Assembly: GCA_022072055.1 (NCBI GenBank)
Contig: JAJVIK010000007.1
Span: 513,442 to 577,441, forward strand
DNA: 64,000 bases
Origin: a bacterium
GTDB taxonomy: Bacteria; Hinthialibacterota; Hinthialibacteria; OLB16
Reading direction: 5' to 3'
Within the stretch, counting starts at the first letter, position 1. The number at the start of each line of letters is the position of its first letter. This document shows positions 58,460 to 64,000 of this stretch, one piece after another. The notes beneath the pieces were generated by a model. It had not been told where the DNA came from and ran no database searches. It worked only from the letters and a program-made list of their open reading frames with translations. The position numbers were made by a program, and so were the translations under genes.

Positions 58460-60241
58460 TCAATTCGCCGCTTCTCCCAGCCCGGACCGCCCCTGTCCCT
58501 GCTCCAGGACCCAATCGCGGATGAACTGCGGTGGGAGCTGGTGCAGCGAGAAAAGCCGCTCCCCGCGATAGGCCACTGTGGCCAGCGCCGGGAGCTCCGC
58601 CAAGACCTTCCGCGCCGCCGGATGAAGGTCGCTATAGCGGCTCCCGATGCACGCGAAGACCTGAAGGCCGGGATTGGCGAGCTCCGCCGAGAGCTCGAAC
58701 CGAAACACTTGCAGCCCCTCCGGAATCGCGGGCCAGCCCTCCGGGCCCTCGCGATAGACCGCAGCCGCTCCGCCCTCCAGCAGCAGCACATCCCCCGGAC
58801 GCGCGAGTTCCTGCAGTTTCGGATTGAGCCGATGCATCGAAACCCCCAGGTAATCCAGATCAAACCCCAAGTGTTTCGCCCCGGAGGGCCCGCCGATCAA
58901 GGGCGTGTAGTAGATCAAGTTGTGCGGGTAAACGCGCAGAGATGGAAACAACACAGCCGTCCCCAATGCGGCGAACAGGCTCCACCGAATCGGGCCGGAG
59001 AAACCGGGGTTCCACCGCGACAAGGCCCAACGCCAACCCTCGCGCAGCTCCATCGCGGCGAGCGCACACATCGGGCCATAGGCCGGCAGCAGCAAGCGGA
59101 CCCCATCGAACTTGGGCACGCTCGGAATCGAACTGATCGCGAGCGGCAAGGCGAACGCCACCCACAGCAAACCTTCCTCGCTTCCCCAACCGATCTCGCG
59201 TGTTCGGAACAGGCGCGCGAGTTTCCGAAGCGCGCGCACCGCCACGGGAACCACCAGAAGTGGCGGGAGCGCGAGGGCCGTGAACACCCACGGGTAATGC
59301 CAGGGGGCAAGATTCCAGTGGTTGTAAACGACTCCGAAATAATAGACCGGGATCTTCAGGTGGTTTCCGATGAAGTCGGCGTACTCCTTTATCCCCTTGG
59401 GGAAATCCAGCCACAACGCGGGCCAGAGCAGAAAGGCCGCGAGCAGCGCAAGGAGAGAGAGGAGAAGCGCCATGAGCGCTTCCCTGAGGCTCCGTCGGAG
59501 CGGCTCGCCGCTCCTGGATTCCCGCTTTCGCGGGAATGACGAATCTTCAAGGGGCAGGGATTCCTCATTGTTCCCGCCGCGCCCGTCATCCCCGCGAAAG
59601 CGGGGATCCACGCCCATCGCGGCAAGCTGTGTGGAGAGCACCCAGAACCCAAGGAGTGCGACCAGGTACATCCCCTGCACCTTGGTGAGCAGCGCGAGCA
59701 CAAACAGGACCAGCGCCACGACCTTCCACGCATGGCTTCTGTTCCAGCCCATGAGCGCGAGCGTGGCAAGGCCATACAGCGCGCCAATCAGCCCATCGAT
59801 TCCGAATCGAACCCCATGCAGCACAAAGCGCGGGCTGCCCAGGAACAGCAGCGCCGCAATCAATCCCGCCTTTCGGCCCATCCGCGACGCGAGAAAGGCA
59901 TACGAGGCCGCGCACCAGATTGAGGTGACCAAGGCCACAAACACACGACACGACCCAAGCTCGCCAAGGCTTCGTCGAAACAGGGCGTTGCAGAATCCGC
60001 CCCCGATTTCCATCAGCGGCGGGTGGCGGTGCGCGTCGGGGAAGTACGCGCGCGGCTCGAAAAGACTCGGGGCCGATTCAGCGGTCCACCAGGACTCCAG
60101 CCAGCGACTCCAAGGGACCGCGCGGTTGTAGAACAGCCAGGAATCCCAGTAGGGTCCGAACCCAGGACTGAGTAGGATGAGTCCCCAGAGGATGATGGCG
60201 CCAAGGAGAGTGGCCTCAAGGCCAAGCCGACTTCGGATCAT
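58460..60241 (-). CDS. Polytopic membrane glycosyltransferase, GT39/PMT-ArnT-like, carrying a repeat-encoded hydrophilic insertion
   Basis: 593 aa, many TM helices N-terminally and a soluble C-terminal domain; family assignment from architecture only. Confidence 0.55.
   Translation of the reverse strand: MIRSRLGLEATLLGAIILWGLILLSPGFGPYWDSWLFYNRAVPWSRWLESWWTAESAPSLFEPRAYFPDAHRHPPLMEIGGGFCNALFRRSLGELGSCRVFVALVTSIWCAASYAFLASRMGRKAGLIAALLFLGSPRFVLHGVRFGIDGLIGALYGLATLALMGWNRSHAWKVVALVLFVLALLTKVQGMYLVALLGFWVLSTQLAAMGVDPRFRGDDGRGGNNEESLPLEDSSFPRKRESRSGEPLRRSLREALMALLLSLLALLAAFLLWPALWLDFPKGIKEYADFIGNHLKIPVYYFGVVYNHWNLAPWHYPWVFTALALPPLLVVPVAVRALRKLARLFRTREIGWGSEEGLLWVAFALPLAISSIPSVPKFDGVRLLLPAYGPMCALAAMELREGWRWALSRWNPGFSGPIRWSLFAALGTAVLFPSLRVYPHNLIYYTPLIGGPSGAKHLGFDLDYLGVSMHRLNPKLQELARPGDVLLLEGGAAAVYREGPEGWPAIPEGLQVFRFELSAELANPGLQVFACIGSRYSDLHPAARKVLAELPALATVAYRGERLFSLHQLPPQFIRDWVLEQGQGRSGLGEAAN
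59506..59599. repeat. Family A composite palindromic element (29-mer plus inverted partner CGTCATCCCCGCGAAAGCGGGGATCC) inside the glycosyltransferase ORF
   Basis: Left arm identical to 40641-40669; right arm is its reverse complement with compensatory changes; translated in-frame as a loop. Confidence 0.6.
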
Positions 60242-60265
60242 GATGGGCGCGCCGGGTCCGCGCGG

Positions 60266-60523
60266 CTACTTGATCTCCCGCCAGACCGCATCCTCGGCAT
60301 CTCGACTGGGAGGGATCGGTTTAGCCGTCCAGTAGATCCGCCAAGCCAGACCCACCAAGGCGAACCCTCCCAGGAAGCAGAACGCCGCGACCGCCACCGC
60401 GAGGATCAGAGGGAACAAGAGGATCAGGAGACCCAGGGCAAGGAGAAACAGGCCGCCCGAGAGGAACTTCCATGCAACCGCCCGCGACAGCGCCTCGCTG
60501 GATGTGAGATGGACAAACCGCAT
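60266..60523 (-). CDS. Small hypothetical membrane protein (two hydrophobic helices)
   Basis: 85-aa ORF with ATG at 60523. Confidence 0.4.
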   Translation of the reverse strand: MRFVHLTSSEALSRAVAWKFLSGGLFLLALGLLILLFPLILAVAVAAFCFLGGFALVGLAWRIYWTAKPIPPSRDAEDAVWREIK

Positions 60524-60551
60524 GGGTTTCCCTCTCCTCGTACGGATCTGC

Positions 60552-60637
60552 GTGAGTGCAACTCACCTTACCGGCTCCGCCCCGGAGTGCAACTCCCGGG
60601 CGAGCGTGGGGCCGCGACGGAGCGCGGCCCTCCTCAC
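60552..60637. repeat. Mosaic GC-rich palindromic repeat, copy B4 (two TGCAA-loop hairpins plus GGCCGCG hairpin)
   Basis: Aligns with 17061-17121; stems differ by compensatory substitutions while loops are conserved. Confidence 0.55.
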
Positions 60638-61018
60638 TCAATCATGAACAATGCCGCGATAGGCCGTGGCATCCAGGAGCGTGTCGAGGTCCGCCGAATT
60701 GGCCGGAGCAATCCGGAACAGCCATCCTTTTTCATACGGGGATTGATTGATCCAATCGGGGTGTGTGGCCAGGTCGGCGTTGATCGCGGTCACCGTCCCT
60801 CCCACCGGGGCGTAGACATCCGAGGCCACCTTGGTCGATTCGACCACACAGCAAGCCTCCTTGGCCGCGACCGCGCGCCCGACCTCGGGGAGCTCCACGA
60901 ACACAATGTCGGTGAGTTCATGCTGGGCGAAGTCGGTGACCCCCACCACCACTTGGCCGTCTTCCAGGCGAGCCCATTCGTGAGTTTCGGAATATTTCAA
61001 GGTTTCCGGGACAATCAT
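60638..61018 (-). CDS. gcvH: Glycine cleavage system H protein
   Basis: Lipoyl-lysine region ESTKVASDVYAPVGGTV; 126 aa. Confidence 0.9.
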   Translation of the reverse strand: MIVPETLKYSETHEWARLEDGQVVVGVTDFAQHELTDIVFVELPEVGRAVAAKEACCVVESTKVASDVYAPVGGTVTAINADLATHPDWINQSPYEKGWLFRIAPANSADLDTLLDATAYRGIVHD

Positions 61019-61226
61019 CGTTTAATCAGCCTTTCCAGGAGTAAGCACTGGCGTCTCCAAGACCCCCTCAGCGCGGGATGGGACACTTGCGGACCGGAGA
61101 GTATTCTCATTCCCCCGGGGGGTCCGTCAAGGTGTCGGGATGCCACCGGACCCGAAAGGTCTTGGAGAATCGCGAAATCCTCTTCAGAATGAGAGATCAA
61201 TCGAAAGGACTCCCCTCGCCACTCCC

Positions 61227-62678
61227 ATGTTTTTTTCGCGCGTTGGGTTCAATCCCGCCAGAGTCGCTGTCTGTGGGGTTCTGTGCTTGAGCGTGGCGGT
61301 GTTCGGCCAGCCGGGTGGAGGACCGCCGCTGTTCAGCGTGCAGGTCACCCCGGCGATTGAGAAGGAGATCGCCGCGAGCTTGGAGTTCACCGGGTCGATC
61401 AATCCCTGGCGGGAGATCGCGCTTTCCTCCCAGGTCGGGGGTCTTGTGGAGCGAATCCCGATTGAGGCGGGGGATTTTCTTGAAGGCGGGCGGGAGGTTT
61501 GTTTTCTGAACACCGAGGCGGCGGAGATCGAAGTGCGCCGTCAACAGGCCCTGGTCGCCGCCGCCAGCGCGGAGTACTCCCGGCTCGCGGCGGGATTCCG
61601 TCGGGAGGAAATCGAGGAGACTCGCAAGAAGGTCGAGATGGACCGAGCCCGATTCAAGCGCGCGGAGGATGAATGGAACCGGCGCCGACCGCTTGTCGAG
61701 CAGGGGGTGATCACCCAGAGCGAGGGAATCACGCTCGAGATGGCCTTCATGGAACTGGAGGCGGCCCTGCACAGCTCCGAGGCGCGCCTGAGGCTGCTTG
61801 AGGCCGGGTACCGCAAGGAGGAGGTCGCGGCCGCGAAGGCCAAGCATGAGATGCAGCGGGCCGAGCTCGCCGAAGCCGAGCGCAAGCTGAAGGAGCATAC
61901 GATCTCCACGCCGATGCTCGCCGCCGTGGTGTCGCGATTGGTCGAGCCGGGGGAATGGGTCAAGGAGGGGGATTCGGTCGCGAGCTTGGTGGTCCTCGAT
62001 CCGCTTCGCGTCCGCATCGAGATCCCCCAGGTGTTTTTCTCCAAGGTGAGTCAGGGTCAGGAGGCGACCATCGAAGTGGATGGCCTGCCCGAGCGGCGCT
62101 TCACCGCCACGGTGGACCATGTGGTTCCGGGCGCGGGAGCCGGGACTCGCAATTTCCCCGTGCTCATGAAACTCGACAACACGGATGGGGCTTTGATGAG
62201 CGGGCTCTTCGCGCGCGTGCGCCTCAAACTCGGCGAGAAAGCTCCCGCCGTGCTGGTTCCGCGCCAAGCGGTGTTGGTGCGCGGGGAATCCACCGTGGTC
62301 CTGGTGGCCGAGCCGCTCAAGGCCGCGCCGCCCTCTCCGGCGCAATCCGACCGGTCGCCCTCCGACACAACGCAGACGAAACCCTCCGGGGGCGGCAATC
62401 CCGCCCAAGCGGGACCCCCGGGAGCGGGCGGACCGCCCGGCATGCCCGCGCCCATGCCGGACGCCACCATTCGGGAGGTGACTGTCCGAACCGGGGGCGA
62501 GGAGGGGGATTGGGTCGCGGTCGAGGTGATCGGCGCCGAACCGATTCGGGCGGGCGAGCTGATCGTTTCGCTGGGCGGGATCCGGCTGCAGAACGGCATG
62601 CCGGTTCGGATCCTCAACCGGGAGACCTCCACGGCCGAGGCGCCGGCGGCGAATCCCCCCGCTGAGTCCGTTCGATGA
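61227..62678 (+). CDS. Efflux RND transporter periplasmic adaptor subunit (HlyD family)
   Basis: Signal/anchor segment, coiled-coil hairpin, beta-barrel and MP domains; ATG at 61227; stop overlaps the next gene start (ATGA). Confidence 0.85.
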   Translation: MFFSRVGFNPARVAVCGVLCLSVAVFGQPGGGPPLFSVQVTPAIEKEIAASLEFTGSINPWREIALSSQVGGLVERIPIEAGDFLEGGREVCFLNTEAAEIEVRRQQALVAAASAEYSRLAAGFRREEIEETRKKVEMDRARFKRAEDEWNRRRPLVEQGVITQSEGITLEMAFMELEAALHSSEARLRLLEAGYRKEEVAAAKAKHEMQRAELAEAERKLKEHTISTPMLAAVVSRLVEPGEWVKEGDSVASLVVLDPLRVRIEIPQVFFSKVSQGQEATIEVDGLPERRFTATVDHVVPGAGAGTRNFPVLMKLDNTDGALMSGLFARVRLKLGEKAPAVLVPRQAVLVRGESTVVLVAEPLKAAPPSPAQSDRSPSDTTQTKPSGGGNPAQAGPPGAGGPPGMPAPMPDATIREVTVRTGGEEGDWVAVEVIGAEPIRAGELIVSLGGIRLQNGMPVRILNRETSTAEAPAANPPAESVR

Positions 62679-64000
62679 TTCTGATTTCCGCCTCGCTCAA
62701 GAACGGCACCGCGGTTGTCGTGGGGATCTTGCTGGTGATCCTGTCGGGGTACCTTGCGTTCACCCGAATTCCTATTCAGCTCAACCCGACCATCGATTCC
62801 CCGTTCATCACGGTCGAAACCCTCTACCCGGGGGCGTCCGCGCTGGAGGTCGAGCAGGAGATCACCAACCGGTTGGAGGAGAAGCTCGCGGCGGTGGAGA
62901 ACTTGCGCGAGATGCGCTCCAGCTCCCGCGAGGGGGTCTCCGAGGTCGTGCTCAAGTTCGATTGGGGGATCAACAAGGACCTCGCGCAACTCGATGTTCT
63001 CCAGAAGATCAACCTCGCGGAGGAGCTCCCCGAGGACGCCGAGGAGCCGCAGATTCTCACGGTCAACCGTCGCGAGCAGTCCACCGTGATGTGGCTGTTC
63101 CTTAAGACCAACTCCCTCGATGTCAACCAGCTTCGACGTCTCGCGGACGATGTCATCATCCCTCAGATCGAACGAGTGCCGGATGTCGAGACTGTGCGAC
63201 GGTTCGGGGGCGCCGAGCGCGAGATCCATGTGCTGGTGGACCTGGCCGCCATCGCCGCGCGCGACCTGGCGCTCAACGATGTCGCCCGCGCGCTCGCGCG
63301 CGAAAATCGCAATGTGCGCGGCGGCAATATCGACCGCGGCCCCTCGCGTCTGGTGGTCCGGACCCTGGGCCAATACGACCACCTCGAACAGATCCGGGAA
63401 ACCGCGGTCACCAACGGTCCGAACGGACCGGTCCGCATCCGCGACATCGGGGAGGTCAGGGACGCCAACGAGGATCTGGAGGTGTATGTCCGAGTCAACG
63501 GCCAGCCCACGATCTCGCTCGGAGTGGTGCAACGCATCGGCTCGAACACCCTCAAGATCGCGGAGGATGTGAAGAAGCTCCTTGAGCGGATGAACGAATC
63601 GCTCGCCTCGCGCGGGGTGGAGATCAAGGTCTCCTACGACTCCTCGGTGTACATCTGGGGGGCGATTGACCAATTGATCCGCAACCTCTTGGTGGGCGCG
63701 GCGCTCGCCACGATGATCCTGTGGTTCTTCCTGCGCTCGATGACCTCGACCCTGATCGTGGGACTGACCATTCCGATCTGCATGATGGCGACCTTTGTCT
63801 GCCTGATTGTGTTCGGGCGCTCGGTCAATGTGGTGTCGCTTGCGGGCTTGGCCTTCGCGGGCGGAATGATCGTGGACAACGGCATCGTGGTGGTGGAGAA
63901 CATCTATCGCCACCGCACCGAGCTGGGCAAGTCGATCCTGATCGCCGCGCGGGATGGAGCCCGCGAGGTCTGGGCGCCGATTGTGGCCTCGACTCTAACC
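62675..64000 (+). CDS. Efflux RND transporter permease subunit (AcrB/HAE1 family), 3'-partial at window end
   Basis: Open frame from ATG 62675 to window end; AcrB-like N-terminus (TM1, large periplasmic loop, GLAFAGGMIVDNGIVVVENI). Confidence 0.85.
   Translation, partial: MILISASLKNGTAVVVGILLVILSGYLAFTRIPIQLNPTIDSPFITVETLYPGASALEVEQEITNRLEEKLAAVENLREMRSSSREGVSEVVLKFDWGINKDLAQLDVLQKINLAEELPEDAEEPQILTVNRREQSTVMWLFLKTNSLDVNQLRRLADDVIIPQIERVPDVETVRRFGGAEREIHVLVDLAAIAARDLALNDVARALARENRNVRGGNIDRGPSRLVVRTLGQYDHLEQIRETAVTNGPNGPVRIRDIGEVRDANEDLEVYVRVNGQPTISLGVVQRIGSNTLKIAEDVKKLLERMNESLASRGVEIKVSYDSSVYIWGAIDQLIRNLLVGAALATMILWFFLRSMTSTLIVGLTIPICMMATFVCLIVFGRSVNVVSLAGLAFAGGMIVDNGIVVVENIYRHRTELGKSILIAARDGAREVWAPIVASTLT

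Noticed and set aside
61019-61226. Possible glycine riboswitch upstream of gcvH
   Set aside because: I could not find the conserved glycine-aptamer motifs; the region is more likely a divergent promoter region between gcvH and the RND operon. Not testable further without a covariance model.

Overview
High-GC (roughly 60-65%) bacterial chromosomal segment, densely coding on both strands, with no rRNA, tRNA, CRISPR array, transposase or integrase detected by eye. All calls are from reading the six-frame translations and the nucleotide text; no database search was run. Content in order: a succinate dehydrogenase operon (sdhC-like 5'-partial, sdhA, sdhB) interrupted by a vapBC-like toxin-antitoxin pair; a secreted hypothetical, a cupin and a DUF1080 protein; a lower-GC orphan gene; F1 ATP synthase delta/alpha/beta genes with no gamma, epsilon or Fo genes beside them; a TPR/HExxH metalloprotease; an RHH-PIN toxin-antitoxin pair; a glycan/rhamnose utilisation block (GH78 rhamnosidase, RhaT, AraA-like isomerase, GH9, FG-GAP protein, ThuA-oxidoreductase fusion); signal peptidase I with a retropepsin-like ORF lacking the catalytic Asp; a B12-binding radical SAM protein; an NtrB/NtrC-type two-component pair; fmt; a GAF hybrid histidine kinase; a multihaem cytochrome c and SMP-30 lactonase; envelope genes (MraY/WecA-like, GT4, HTH-methyltransferase); a 1419-aa secreted beta-helix protein with a dockerin-like C-terminus; yefM-yoeB; GNAT, bacterioferritin, M42 peptidase, a DHHW/AlgJ-like protein and a rhamnulose-1-phosphate aldolase/SDR fusion; three tandem HAF-repeat paralogs interleaved with toxin-antitoxin genes behind a GT39-like glycosyltransferase; gcvH; and the start of an RND efflux operon. 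The most unusual signals are two families of short palindromic repeats: a mosaic GC-rich element at gene 3' ends (four copies, with compensatory base changes in its hairpins) and an ATTCCC-N8-GGGAAT element that truncates one gene and is read through in-frame inside another. I did not find a single clearly novel multi-gene system; the best candidates are the repeat families and the GT39 plus HAF-paralog cluster. Repeat coordinates were counted by hand and may be off by a base or two.
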